A stretch of DNA of 64,000 bases from a bacterium (GCA_030531905.1 JAUNMG010000001.1:56569-120568), one strand, 5' to 3'. Shown: positions 50,847 to 61,446, counted from the first letter of the stretch. Numbers and translations: made by a program. Notes: generated from the letters alone by a model not told the origin.

Positions 50847-51032
50847 AACTAGAATAATAATATATAATAAAAATGAGTACGGTAGCGACTATCGGAATTT
50901 AAGCCTATGGAGAATAAAAGATATTTTATCAGTGAAGTAGGAAACTTAGGAGGCAACGACTAAGAAGAATGGAATTTATTTCATTCATTTGTTAAAAATG
51001 TTCTGATATAATAACAAACGGGAAGTGGTAAT

Positions 51033-53846
51033 ATGGATAAAATAGTAATAAAAGGTGCCAGAGAAAATAATTTAAAGAATATAAATATAGAATTACCTAA
51101 AAATAAAATGATTGTAATGACAGGTTTATCAGGTAGTGGAAAGAGTTCTTTGGCTTTTGATACAATTTATGCAGAAGGTCAAAGAAGGTATGTAGAAAGT
51201 TTATCTGCTTATGCTAGACAATTTTTGGGTGGAAGTGAAAAACCAGATGTTGATAGCATTGAAGGATTATCTCCTGCTATAAGTATTGATCAAAAAACAA
51301 CAAGTAAAAATCCAAGATCAACTGTTGGAACGGTTACTGAAATATATGATTATTTAAGACTTTTGTTTGCACGTGTAGGTATAGCTTATTGCCCTAATCA
51401 TAATATCCCAATAACTTCTCAAAGTATAGAAGAAATAACTAACAAGGTATTAGAGTATCCTCTTGGAACTAGACTTATTATCTATTCTCCAGTTGTTCAT
51501 CATGAAAAAGGAACTCATAAAGATTTACTTGATGACTTAAGAAAAGAAGGATATATCAGAGTAAGAGTTAATCAACAAATGTATGATTTATCTGAAGAAA
51601 TAGTTCTAGAAAAAAATAAGCAAGATGATATTGATGTGGTTATAGATAGAATTGTTTTAAAGGAAGACTCTAGATCTAGACTAAGTGAAGCAATTGAAGC
51701 AGCAACAAAACTCTCAAGTGGAAAAGTCGTTGTTGAAATATTGGGTGAGAATAAGAAAGAAATAGTTTTTTCTGAAAACTTTGCTTGTCCATATTGTGAA
51801 TTTTCTTTACCTGAAATAGAACCTCGTATCTTTAGTTTTAATGCTCCATTTGGTGCTTGTTCAGATTGTAAAGGACTTGGTATAAAACTAAGAATAGATG
51901 AAGATTTAGTTATTCCAGATAAAAGTTTAAGTATTAATGAGGGTTGTATAAAAACACTTAGCGATGACCAAGAAGGAATTTATTATAAGAAACTTGAATG
52001 TGTATGTAAGCACTATAAAATAGATATGGATAAACCATTTAAAAAGCTTTCTAAGAAGGAAAGAGATATTGTTTTATATGGTTCTACAGATATAATTACT
52101 TTTAATTATAAGACTAAGAGTGGAAATATTATGAATAACAAAGATTTCTATGAAGGTATAATTAATAATTTGGAACGTAGATATATGGAAACAAGTAGTA
52201 GTTGGATAAGAGAATGGCTAGAACATTATATGATTGAACATACTTGTGAAACTTGTCATGGAGCAAGATTAAGAGATGATATTTTACAAATTAAAGTTGG
52301 TGGAAAAAACATTTATGAAGTAGTCTGTATGAGTATTAAAGATTTAATTGTTTTCTTTGATGATCTAAAATTATCAGAGGAAAAATTAAAAATAGCTGAT
52401 CTTTTAATCAAAGAGATAAAATCTCGTCTTGATTTTTTGAAAAATGTTGGATTAGAATATCTAACTTTAGCCAGAAGTGCTGCTACATTATCAGGAGGAG
52501 AAGCTCAAAGAATTAGACTTGCTACTCAAATAGGTTCCAAATTAACAGGAGTTTTATATGTTTTAGATGAACCTAGTATTGGACTTCATCAACGAGATAA
52601 TGAAAAACTAATTAAGTCCTTGCTAGAAATGCGCGATTTAGGTAATACACTAATTGTAGTAGAACATGATACTGATACGATGCTAGCTGCAGATGTGCTA
52701 GTAGATATTGGACCTGGTGCTGGTGATAATGGTGGAAAAGTTATGGCAATAGGGACTCCAGAAGAAGTAATGAAAAATGAAAATAGTATCACTGGAAAAT
52801 ACCTAAGCGGAAAGTTAAAAATAGATGTTCCTAAAGTAAGAAGAAAAGGCAATAAAAAATTCTTAACAATTGTAGGAGCAAAAGAAAACAACTTAAAAGA
52901 TATAGATGTTAAAATACCGCTTGGAACTTTTACTTGTGTAACAGGAGTGTCTGGTTCAGGCAAATCGACTTTAATTAATGAAATTTTGTGTAAAGAATTA
53001 TCTCGTAAAATCTATGGATCAAAGGTAGTTCCAGGTAAACATAAAAAAATAAATGGTATTGATAATATCGATAAAATTGTTGATATTTCACAATCTCCAA
53101 TAGGAAGAACACCTAGAAGTAATCCAGCAACTTATACAGGAGTTTTTGATGATATTAGAACTCTTTTTACAACATTAAAAGAATCAAAAATGTTAGGATA
53201 TGAAAAAAATAGATTCTCTTTCAATGTAAAAGGTGGAAGATGTGAAGCGTGTCGTGGAGACGGTGTTAAAAAAATAGAAATGCATTTCTTACCAGATGTA
53301 TATGTAGATTGTGAAGTATGTCATGGCACTAGATACAATAGTGAAACGTTAAAGATAAAATACAAAGATAAGAATATTGCAGAAGTATTGGATATGAGAG
53401 TATCTGAAGCGCTAAAATTCTTTGAAAATGTACCAAAAATCAAATCAAAATTACAAGTTTTAGAAGATGTTGGTTTAGGTTATATTAAGCTTGGACAAAG
53501 TGCTCCAACATTATCTGGAGGAGAAGCAGAAAGAGTAAAACTTGCTAAAGAATTACAAAAGAAAGCAACAGGAAAAACACTATTTGTTCTAGATGAACCG
53601 ACAACTGGACTACATACAGATGATATCAAAAGATTACTTGCAATTTTACAGAAAATAGTAGATAATGGTGATACGGTAGTAGTAATAGAACATAACTTAG
53701 ATGTTATAAAAGTTGCTGACTATATAATTGATTTAGGACCTGAAGGTGGAGACGGTGGTGGAACTGTAGTAGCAGTTGGAACACCGGAAGAAGTTAGTAA
53801 AGTTAAAGAATCATACACCGGATATTTCTTGAATAGAATTCTTTAG
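51033..53846 (+). CDS. uvrA: excinuclease ABC subunit A
   Basis: 937 aa. Two ABC ATPase modules (GLSGSGKSS / GVSGSGKST, LSGGE signatures) and zinc fingers. Confidence 0.95.
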   Translation: MDKIVIKGARENNLKNINIELPKNKMIVMTGLSGSGKSSLAFDTIYAEGQRRYVESLSAYARQFLGGSEKPDVDSIEGLSPAISIDQKTTSKNPRSTVGTVTEIYDYLRLLFARVGIAYCPNHNIPITSQSIEEITNKVLEYPLGTRLIIYSPVVHHEKGTHKDLLDDLRKEGYIRVRVNQQMYDLSEEIVLEKNKQDDIDVVIDRIVLKEDSRSRLSEAIEAATKLSSGKVVVEILGENKKEIVFSENFACPYCEFSLPEIEPRIFSFNAPFGACSDCKGLGIKLRIDEDLVIPDKSLSINEGCIKTLSDDQEGIYYKKLECVCKHYKIDMDKPFKKLSKKERDIVLYGSTDIITFNYKTKSGNIMNNKDFYEGIINNLERRYMETSSSWIREWLEHYMIEHTCETCHGARLRDDILQIKVGGKNIYEVVCMSIKDLIVFFDDLKLSEEKLKIADLLIKEIKSRLDFLKNVGLEYLTLARSAATLSGGEAQRIRLATQIGSKLTGVLYVLDEPSIGLHQRDNEKLIKSLLEMRDLGNTLIVVEHDTDTMLAADVLVDIGPGAGDNGGKVMAIGTPEEVMKNENSITGKYLSGKLKIDVPKVRRKGNKKFLTIVGAKENNLKDIDVKIPLGTFTCVTGVSGSGKSTLINEILCKELSRKIYGSKVVPGKHKKINGIDNIDKIVDISQSPIGRTPRSNPATYTGVFDDIRTLFTTLKESKMLGYEKNRFSFNVKGGRCEACRGDGVKKIEMHFLPDVYVDCEVCHGTRYNSETLKIKYKDKNIAEVLDMRVSEALKFFENVPKIKSKLQVLEDVGLGYIKLGQSAPTLSGGEAERVKLAKELQKKATGKTLFVLDEPTTGLHTDDIKRLLAILQKIVDNGDTVVVIEHNLDVIKVADYIIDLGPEGGDGGGTVVAVGTPEEVSKVKESYTGYFLNRIL

Positions 53847-53857
53847 AGGTGAAATTC

Positions 53858-54286
53858 ATGCAATTGGTAATAAAAAACAGAATTAATAGATTGTTTGATT
53901 GGTTACTATATATGATAGGATATACCCTAGTATTTATACTAGTTAGTAATATGTTTAAATCAGTCTATATAGATACAAGTCATAGTTATATTTATTCAAC
54001 AGCAGTAGTTTTAATTTTATATATTTTAAATAAAACAATAAAGCCTGTGTTAGTAACTTTAACAATACCAATAACAGGAATAACACTTGGTCTTTTTTAT
54101 CCGTTTATTAATTTATTTATACTTAAGTTAGTAGATTGGATATTGGGATCTCATTTTCAACTAGAAAATATTTGGATTGCATTGTTAGTCGCAATATTAT
54201 TATCAATAATAAATTTTGTAATGGAAGAGTTAGTAATAAAACCAATAATAAAGAGGGTAAATAAGAATGGAAAGAGTAGCGTTTGA
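53858..54286 (+). CDS. DUF360/holin-IV superfamily membrane protein (YvlD-like)
   Basis: 4-TM small protein. LTIPITGITLGLFYPFINLFILKLVDW fits the DUF360 pattern. GAGGTG RBS before the ATG at 53858. Confidence 0.6.
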   Translation: MQLVIKNRINRLFDWLLYMIGYTLVFILVSNMFKSVYIDTSHSYIYSTAVVLILYILNKTIKPVLVTLTIPITGITLGLFYPFINLFILKLVDWILGSHFQLENIWIALLVAILLSIINFVMEELVIKPIIKRVNKNGKSSV

Positions 54287-55115
54287 TTTAGGAATTATAC
54301 AAGTGTATTGGTATTCAATATTCATATTTTTAGGAGCTTTAGCTGCCTGTGTTGTGATATATTTGGAAGCCAAAAAAAGAAAATTAAACGATGAATTTAT
54401 TGTTAATTTGGCTTTTAATGCCATCATATTTGGTATTATAGGAGCAAGAATCTATTATGTTTTGTTCAATCTGGATTACTACATGCAAAATCCCATTGAG
54501 ATATTAGAAATTTGGAATGGTGGATTAGCTATTCACGGAGGCTTAATTACTGGAGGCTTATTTACTGTTTACTATTGTAAAAAGAACAAAGTAGAAACAT
54601 TAAAAGTATTTGATATTATTGTAGTTGGTCTTATATTAGGTCAGGCTATTGGAAGATGGGGAAATTTCTTTAACCAGGAAGCTTACGGTGCTATAACAAC
54701 AGCAGCTAAGCTTAAAAGTATGGGAGTTCCAGATTTTGTTATTAACGGTATGTATATATTGGGAGATTATCGCCAACCAACTTTTTTCTATGAATCAATT
54801 TGGAATTTCTTTGGTTTTATTGCTTTATTAATTATTAGAAGATATCCTTACTTAAAAACTGGACAATTATCAGGCTTTTACTTAATATGGTATTCAGTCG
54901 CAAGATTTATAATAGAGAAAATGAGAACAGACAGTTTAATGCTTGGAAATTTTAAGATTGCACAAATAATGTCTATTGTTTTATTAATAATTGGTGTTAT
55001 CTTATTTATATATTATAAACGTATTAAGAAAGTAGGACCATTTGATAAGCTTTATAATAAAAACGAAGAAAAACCAAAGGAAAAACAACCACTTTTTATA
55101 AAACAACAATATTAG
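54267..55115 (+). CDS. lgt: prolipoprotein diacylglyceryl transferase
   Basis: Lgt signature blocks (GARIYYVLFN, WNGGLAIHGGLITG, GRWGNFFNQE). Confidence 0.92.
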   Translation: MERVAFDLGIIQVYWYSIFIFLGALAACVVIYLEAKKRKLNDEFIVNLAFNAIIFGIIGARIYYVLFNLDYYMQNPIEILEIWNGGLAIHGGLITGGLFTVYYCKKNKVETLKVFDIIVVGLILGQAIGRWGNFFNQEAYGAITTAAKLKSMGVPDFVINGMYILGDYRQPTFFYESIWNFFGFIALLIIRRYPYLKTGQLSGFYLIWYSVARFIIEKMRTDSLMLGNFKIAQIMSIVLLIIGVILFIYYKRIKKVGPFDKLYNKNEEKPKEKQPLFIKQQY

Positions 55116-55193
55116 AAAGAGACGACAACTTCAAAGTAAGAAAATTGTCGCCTTTTTTTGTCTTTTACTATATAATATTATTGGGTGAATGTT

Positions 55194-56144
55194 ATGCACA
55201 AAAAAGTAGTTGTTTTAGGTGGAGGTACTGGTATTTCTTACCTATTACGTGGATTAAAAGATTTCCCTGTTGATATAACTGCAATTATAACAGTTTCTGA
55301 TAATGGTAGTTCAACAGGAAAATTAAGAAAAGAATTCAATATCCCAGCAGTAGGTGATATTAGAAAAGTAATTACAAGTCTTTCTGGTATAGATGATCCA
55401 ATCAAAAAAATGATGAGTTATCGTTTTTCAACATCTAGTGATTTAAACGGTCATGCCGTTGGAAATCTTATTTTAACATCTATGTTAGAAATAACTGGTT
55501 CATTAAAAGATTCAATTAATTGTTTGTCAAAACTTTTGGATGTAAAGCATAAGGTGCTACCAATATCAGAAGATTCTAATTTAATCTTAATGGGAGTTGA
55601 AGAAGATGGTACTATTGTTGAGGGGGAAGAACAAATAACAAAAGCACATCGTAAATTTGAAAGAATTTGTTATAAAGAAGAACCAAAGGTTTTACCAGAA
55701 GTAGTAGATGCTATAAAAGATGCTGATTTAATCATATTCAGTATGGGTAGCTTATTTACAAGTATTTTACCAAATATTATTTGTAAACAAGTAAAAGAGG
55801 CAATCAATGCTTCAAAAGCACCATTAATGTATTTATGTAATGCAGTTACTCAACCTGGCGAAACAGATAATTTCACAGTTAGTGATCATGTCAAAATGTT
55901 AAATAGTTATTTGGATAGAGATATAGATGTTGTTATTGCAAGCAATACTAAGATTTCTAAAGAAATGGCAAAAAAATATGAAACTGAAGAACAAAAAGAA
56001 CCAGTAGAAATTGACTATGAGAATATTGAAAAAGTTGGTGTTGAATTAATCGAAGGTGATTTATTAACAATAGATGATAATACATTGAAACATGATAGTC
56101 TAAAACTAAGTTCTTTAATTTTTTCTTATTTGATGAGGGATTAA
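55194..56144 (+). CDS. yvcK: gluconeogenesis factor YvcK (CofD-like, UPF0052)
   Basis: VVLGGGTG N-terminal motif and overall CofD-like fold. The -10 TATAAT at 55171 precedes it. Confidence 0.85.
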   Translation: MHKKVVVLGGGTGISYLLRGLKDFPVDITAIITVSDNGSSTGKLRKEFNIPAVGDIRKVITSLSGIDDPIKKMMSYRFSTSSDLNGHAVGNLILTSMLEITGSLKDSINCLSKLLDVKHKVLPISEDSNLILMGVEEDGTIVEGEEQITKAHRKFERICYKEEPKVLPEVVDAIKDADLIIFSMGSLFTSILPNIICKQVKEAINASKAPLMYLCNAVTQPGETDNFTVSDHVKMLNSYLDRDIDVVIASNTKISKEMAKKYETEEQKEPVEIDYENIEKVGVELIEGDLLTIDDNTLKHDSLKLSSLIFSYLMRD

Positions 56145-56145
56145 T

Positions 56146-57078
56146 ATGTCATATACAACTAAAATAAAGAATGAAATAGTAGAAATAGCTTTAGAAAAAT
56201 CAGAAGCTTTAGCAGAACTTTCAGCGTATATCAGAAATAATGGTTCTATTTCAAATAATAAGTTAGTATTAACTACAGAAAATATTAATATTAAAAATAA
56301 ATTAATTGATCTATTCGAAGAAATTTATGAGACAACCCCTAATATAGAAGTGAAAGATGGACTTAATTTTAATAAGAAGGACTTATATGTCATAAGTATT
56401 TCAAATAATTTAAATTTTATCTTGAAGGATTTGTGCTACTACGATGAAAATTCAAAATTTATGGATTCTCCTAAAGAATATTTGGTTGGTGCAAACGAAG
56501 AGATAAGAGCATATTTACGAGGCGTTTTTTTAGCGACAGGAAGTATTAATGACCCAAAAACTTCTAGATATCATATGGAAATTTTAATAACTAAACCAAC
56601 AGAAGCTGTATTTGTTCAAAAACTTTTAAATATATTTGATTTAAATGCTAAGATTTTAACTAGAGATAAAGGCTACATGATATATATAAAAGAAGCAGAG
56701 AAAATAAGTGATTTTCTAAAAATAGTAGGAGCAAGTAAAGCAGTATTATATTTTGAAGATGTAAGAATTTATCATGAGGCAAAAAATCATACAAATAGAT
56801 TAAACAATTGTGAACAAGCAAATACAGATAAAGTAATAGAGGCAGCTGCTATTCAACTAAAAAATATTGAAATATTAGAAGAAAACTTAGCTGTCGAACT
56901 TTTAGATGATAAAACAAAAGAAGCTCTAGAATATCGTAAGAAATATCCAGAAGCTTCTCTGAAAGAATTAAGTGAAATAATTTCACTTGAAACAAACAAT
57001 AAAATTACAAAGTCGGGACTAAATCACCGTTTTAGAAAGATAAATGAACTTGCTTTAAGATTAAAAGGGGAAAAGTAG
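56146..57078 (+). CDS. whiA: DNA-binding sporulation/cell-division regulator WhiA
   Basis: 310 aa. Degenerate LAGLIDADG-like N-terminal domain and C-terminal HTH. The synteny yvcK-whiA is conserved. Confidence 0.85.
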   Translation: MSYTTKIKNEIVEIALEKSEALAELSAYIRNNGSISNNKLVLTTENINIKNKLIDLFEEIYETTPNIEVKDGLNFNKKDLYVISISNNLNFILKDLCYYDENSKFMDSPKEYLVGANEEIRAYLRGVFLATGSINDPKTSRYHMEILITKPTEAVFVQKLLNIFDLNAKILTRDKGYMIYIKEAEKISDFLKIVGASKAVLYFEDVRIYHEAKNHTNRLNNCEQANTDKVIEAAAIQLKNIEILEENLAVELLDDKTKEALEYRKKYPEASLKELSEIISLETNNKITKSGLNHRFRKINELALRLKGEK

Positions 57079-57157
57079 AATAAAAAGACAATAATATTAT
57101 AGAAGGAAAGTAATTCCTTCTATTTTTTGTTTTGGATAAAGGAAAGGATGTGATAAA

Positions 57158-57997
57158 ATGTCTGAAACAATAAGCAAATTTTATACTTGTAGAAATGATC
57201 GAGCCTTTAAGGAAGTGTTCATGAAAGAAGAAAGTAAAGATATTCTAACTAAATTATTAGAATCAATTCTAGATGTAAAGATAGAAGATATTGAGTTTTT
57301 AAATCTAGAAAGAAATGTTGATAATATTCATGTTAGAAGAAAACACTTTGATTTATTTTTAAAAACTAATATAGGAAAGATTCAAGTAGAAGTAAATGCA
57401 GAAAAACCGAATTATCTTCATCCAAGAAATGCCTCATTCATCTTTGATACTTATTCCCATGAAGTAAAAAAAGGCGATGAGTATAATGAAGATACCTTAG
57501 TAATTCAAATTAACTTAAGTTATTCTTTAAGTATAGAAGAGTTAGTAAGAATCTATAAAGTAAGAGATGAAGAAGGAAATGAATATATCAAAAATTTAAT
57601 AATATATGATATAAATATGGATAAAATAAAAGATATATGGTATTCTAAATCTAGAAATGAGATAGAAAAATATAAATACTTAATAATGTTAGACTTAAAT
57701 CAAGAAGAATTAAAAACTTTAGAAGAACTATCTCAAGATAGGAGTGTTGATAAGTATATGAAAACATTAGAAGAAGTAAATCAAGATCCAGAATTTAGAG
57801 AATTTATGAGTGCAGAAGAAGATAACCGAAAAATAGAGAATTCCTTAAGAAGAGAAGCTATAGAGCAGGGTTTAGAACAAGGCTCAACAGAAAAAGCTAT
57901 TGAAATAGCAAGGAATCTTTTGCAAAATAAAGTAGATATATCTATTATTTCGCAGTCTACAGGAATATCAAAAGAAGATTTAGAAAAATTAAAATAA
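57158..57997 (+). CDS. Rpn-family recombination-promoting nuclease / putative transposase (PD-(D/E)XK, YhgA-like)
   Basis: The N-terminus FYTCRNDRAFKEVF...HVRRKHFDLFL...IQVEVN matches the PDDEXK nuclease (TIGR01784-type) family. Confidence 0.65.
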   Translation: MSETISKFYTCRNDRAFKEVFMKEESKDILTKLLESILDVKIEDIEFLNLERNVDNIHVRRKHFDLFLKTNIGKIQVEVNAEKPNYLHPRNASFIFDTYSHEVKKGDEYNEDTLVIQINLSYSLSIEELVRIYKVRDEEGNEYIKNLIIYDINMDKIKDIWYSKSRNEIEKYKYLIMLDLNQEELKTLEELSQDRSVDKYMKTLEEVNQDPEFREFMSAEEDNRKIENSLRREAIEQGLEQGSTEKAIEIARNLLQNKVDISIISQSTGISKEDLEKLK

Positions 57998-58020
57998 TTA
58001 TTCAAAAAAAGACAAACTTA

Positions 58021-58803
58021 TTATTGCTTGTCTTTTTTTAGTTTCTCTAAAAATTCATCTATTAACTTATTTGTTAGAGTCTGATATGCAAGATATGAAT
58101 AATGTTCTGCATTAGGATAAATTACTAATTTAGAATTTTCTATATTTTTAGCTATGTAATATCCATCTTTTAAAGGTGTATCCTTATCCTTTTCTCCCCA
58201 TATTATTAAAGTCTTAGTATCAATTTCTTTATAAAAATATTTTAAATCCTCATTAACAATATTCTTAAATGTTTCACACATATTAGAATCTAATACTTTA
58301 TAATCGCTTGAAGCAAAAAGTTTAAATAGTTTTTTGAAATAAATATTTCTTTTTCTCTTAGGTAGTAAGTATCTTCCCAATTTTAGTATCTTATAAATAG
58401 TTTGCTTTAATCTTTTATAAATTCCCTTTTTAGGTTTAATACCTGCGATATCTATAAGAATAAGACCATCTACATCATCCTTATAATATCCAGCAAGAAG
58501 TGTTGCGATACGTCCTCCAAATGAATGAGCAATAATTATAGGATTTTTAATATTTTCTTCTTCAATAAAATCTCTTATGATATTAGTATAATCATAAATT
58601 GTTAAATCATGTTCTGGAAATATACTTCTACCAAAACCAGGATAGTCAAAAATATAGATTGTATTTTCTTCTTCTAAATGTCTGATCATAAAATCAAATG
58701 TTTTTCTAGTATCTCCCCAACCAGGTAAGATTATAATAGTTCTTTTACCAGTTCCATACTTTTTATAATATAGTGAGTAAGTATCTTTATTAAAATACAT
58801 CAT
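58021..58803 (-). CDS. alpha/beta-fold hydrolase
   Basis: GxSxG nucleophile elbow (HSFGG). Catalytic Asp/His pattern. 260 aa. Confidence 0.75.
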   Translation of the reverse strand: MMYFNKDTYSLYYKKYGTGKRTIIILPGWGDTRKTFDFMIRHLEEENTIYIFDYPGFGRSIFPEHDLTIYDYTNIIRDFIEEENIKNPIIIAHSFGGRIATLLAGYYKDDVDGLILIDIAGIKPKKGIYKRLKQTIYKILKLGRYLLPKRKRNIYFKKLFKLFASSDYKVLDSNMCETFKNIVNEDLKYFYKEIDTKTLIIWGEKDKDTPLKDGYYIAKNIENSKLVIYPNAEHYSYLAYQTLTNKLIDEFLEKLKKDKQ

Positions 58804-58915
58804 ATATCACCTATAGTAATCTATGAAATAAAAAAAATATGGTTCTTTCTTTTCTTATTTGCTATATTTTAGTATAATAAATAAAGAAAGTATAAAAAAG
58901 TTAGTAGGGATTTAG

Positions 58916-59554
58916 ATGAAATTTCAATATAATGATAAAGAATATGATGTTAATATTTGTAAGAAAAGAACTAATAAAAATACATATATTAGAGTTAAAA
59001 ATGATTTAACTATTCAAGTTACAACCAATACTTTTACAAGTGATAGAGAGATACTTAAATTAATTAATGATAACTCTTCATCAATTATTAGGATGATTAA
59101 TAGTCAGTTAAAAAAGAAAGAATCTAATGAAGGTTTTTTCTATTTAGGAAAAAAATATGATCCTGTTTATGTAGAGTATTGTGATATTTCATTTGGAGAA
59201 GAAAAAGTTTTTCTAAATAAAAATCTAGATATTGATAAATGGTATAAAAAACAAGCCAAAGATATATTTAAAAATCACTTAGATTTAAACTATAATAACT
59301 TTAGTAGAAACATCCCTTATCCATCTTTAAGAATTAGAAAGATGACTACTAGGTGGGGTGTATGTAATGTTAAAGATAAAAGTGTTACTTTGAATTTAGA
59401 ATTAATGAAAAGAGATTTAAAATATTTAGATTATGTTATTATTCATGAACTTTCACATTTGATAGAAGCAAATCACTCTGATAAGTTTTGGAAGATAGTA
59501 GAAGAAAATTGTCCTGATTATAAAAAAATTAGAAAAGAAATGAAATATTTTTAG
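58916..59554 (+). CDS. YgjP-like metal-dependent hydrolase (DUF45, M48 superfamily)
   Basis: C-terminal HELSHLIEANHSDKFW (HExxH with WLM/SprT-like context). Confidence 0.75.
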   Translation: MKFQYNDKEYDVNICKKRTNKNTYIRVKNDLTIQVTTNTFTSDREILKLINDNSSSIIRMINSQLKKKESNEGFFYLGKKYDPVYVEYCDISFGEEKVFLNKNLDIDKWYKKQAKDIFKNHLDLNYNNFSRNIPYPSLRIRKMTTRWGVCNVKDKSVTLNLELMKRDLKYLDYVIIHELSHLIEANHSDKFWKIVEENCPDYKKIRKEMKYF

Positions 59555-59564
59555 AGGTGATAGT

Positions 59565-60299
59565 ATGTTAATTACAAGTATAAATAATCAAACTATTAAA
59601 GAACTTGATAAATTAAAACAGAAAAAATATCGTGATTTGGAACAAAAATTTTTAATAGAAGGTGAGCACTTAGTAGAAGAAGCTGAAAAGAGTGGGGTTT
59701 TAGAAAAAATTATTTTATTAGAAAATAGTGAATATCCTTCTAAACTAGAAAAAATTTATGTATCAAAAAACGTTATGAAAAAACTTTCTTCTTTGGATAC
59801 TCCTCCTAATATAATTGGGGTTTGTAAAATGCTTTCTAAGAAGGAACTAGGCAAAAAGGTTTTACTCCTTGATGATATTCAAGATCCTGGTAACTTAGGA
59901 ACGATAATTAGAAGTAGTGTAGCTTTTAATGTTGATAGTATTGTTATGTCTTTAAATACTGTTGATTTATATAATCCTAAAGTTATTAGAAGTACACAAG
60001 GAATGATATTTAAAATTAACCTTATAAAAGATGATTTAGAACGAGTTATTGAAAAGTTAAAGAATGAAAATATTCCTATATACACTACTAATGTTAATGG
60101 TGGAGAAAATATTAAAAATATAAATTCTACTGATTCTTATGGACTTATTATGGGAAATGAAGGTAATGGTGTTAAGGATGAAATTAGCGCTTTAGCAGAT
60201 AGAAAAATTTATATTCCAATGAATAGTAAAGTAGAAAGTTTGAATGTTTCAGTAGCCACAAGTATTTTATTATATGAACTAGGTGATAAAAATGAATAA
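59565..60299 (+). CDS. TrmH/SpoU-family RNA 2'-O-methyltransferase
   Basis: SPOUT motifs (GNLGTIIRS, IMGNEGNGV, LNVSVAT). N-terminal substrate-binding domain. Confidence 0.8.
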   Translation: MLITSINNQTIKELDKLKQKKYRDLEQKFLIEGEHLVEEAEKSGVLEKIILLENSEYPSKLEKIYVSKNVMKKLSSLDTPPNIIGVCKMLSKKELGKKVLLLDDIQDPGNLGTIIRSSVAFNVDSIVMSLNTVDLYNPKVIRSTQGMIFKINLIKDDLERVIEKLKNENIPIYTTNVNGGENIKNINSTDSYGLIMGNEGNGVKDEISALADRKIYIPMNSKVESLNVSVATSILLYELGDKNE

Positions 60300-60777
60300 A
60301 GTATATATTGGAAAAATAGTTAATACACATGGTATTAAGGGTGAGATTAGAATATTAAGTGATTTTTTATATAAAGATAAAGCTTTTAAAGTAGGTACTA
60401 ATATTATTATTGATGAAGTTACATATAAGATTACTTCATACAGAAAGCATAAGCAATTTGATATGGTAACTTTAGATGGATTTAATGATATAAATCAGGT
60501 GTTATTTCTAATGAAAAAGAAAGTATATAAAAAAAGAAATGAACTGAAACTTAATTCTTCTGAGATATTAGACGAAGATTTGATTAAGTATAAGGTGTTT
60601 GATGAAAATGAAAATAATGGTATAATAGAAGAAATTTTTTATGCAAGTCCTACTAATAAGATTTTAAGAGTTAAATTTCAAAAAGAAGTATTAATACCAT
60701 ATAATTCACCTATGATTAAAAAAATTGATACTAACAATAAAACTATAGAAGTAGAATTAATTGAAGGAATGATATAG
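60295..60777 (+). CDS. rimM: ribosome maturation factor RimM
   Basis: VYIGKIVNTHGIKGEIRI N-terminal beta-barrel motif. PRC-like C-terminus. Upstream of trmD. Confidence 0.85.
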   Translation, partial: NKVYIGKIVNTHGIKGEIRILSDFLYKDKAFKVGTNIIIDEVTYKITSYRKHKQFDMVTLDGFNDINQVLFLMKKKVYKKRNELKLNSSEILDEDLIKYKVFDENENNGIIEEIFYASPTNKILRVKFQKEVLIPYNSPMIKKIDTNNKTIEVELIEGMI

Positions 60778-61446
60778 ATGAAAATAGATATTTTAACTTT
60801 ATTTCCAAATATGTTTGATAATGTTTTTGATGAATCAATCATTAAAAGGGCAAAATCTTCATCTAAGGTAAGTATTAATGTTCATAATTTTAGAGATTAT
60901 TCTCTTGATTCTCATAAAAAAGTTGATGATACTCCTTATGGTGGAGGCTGTGGAATGGTTATAATGGCTCAACCAATATATGATTGTGTCGAAAGCCTAA
61001 GAACAAAAGATTCTAAAGTAATAATTTTAACTCCATCTGGAACTCCATATAAACAGAAAATAGCCTATGATCTATCAAAAGAGAAACATTTAATAATTAT
61101 TTGTGGTCATTATGAAGGATTTGATGAGCGAATTATGGCACTTGCTGATATACAGTTAAGTATTGGAGATTATGTTTTAACAGGTGGAGAAATACCTGCT
61201 ATGGTGCTTGTTGACTCTATTACAAGACTTTTACCTGGTGTTATTAAAGAAGAAAGTCACTTAGAAGATTCTTTTAACGAAGAAAAATTACTAGACTATC
61301 CAACTTATACAAAACCTCAAAACTTTAGAGGAATGGAAGTACCTGAGGTATTAACATCAGGAGACCATAAGAAAATAGCTGAATATCGTTATCAAGAAAG
61401 TTTAAGAAGAACAAGAGAAAAAAGACCGGATTTATTAGAAAAGTAG
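60778..61446 (+). CDS. trmD: tRNA (guanine37-N1)-methyltransferase
   Basis: MKIDILTLFPNMF N-terminus. SPOUT knot motifs (GGGCGMV, LTGGE). Confidence 0.92.
   Translation: MKIDILTLFPNMFDNVFDESIIKRAKSSSKVSINVHNFRDYSLDSHKKVDDTPYGGGCGMVIMAQPIYDCVESLRTKDSKVIILTPSGTPYKQKIAYDLSKEKHLIIICGHYEGFDERIMALADIQLSIGDYVLTGGEIPAMVLVDSITRLLPGVIKEESHLEDSFNEEKLLDYPTYTKPQNFRGMEVPEVLTSGDHKKIAEYRYQESLRRTREKRPDLLEK

Larger units (their letters stand above)
49640..50990 (+). mobile_element. IS200/IS605-family element carrying only tnpB (IS1341-like), boundaries approximate
   Basis: A TnpB ORF with its own promoter, no tnpA, and a 3' noncoding tail of about 140 nt that would be the right end and omega-RNA region. Inserted between uvrB-rSAM and uvrA. 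Confidence 0.5.

Noticed and set aside
52589-52963. 124-aa minus-strand ORF inside uvrA
   Set aside because: Antisense shadow ORF within a conserved gene.
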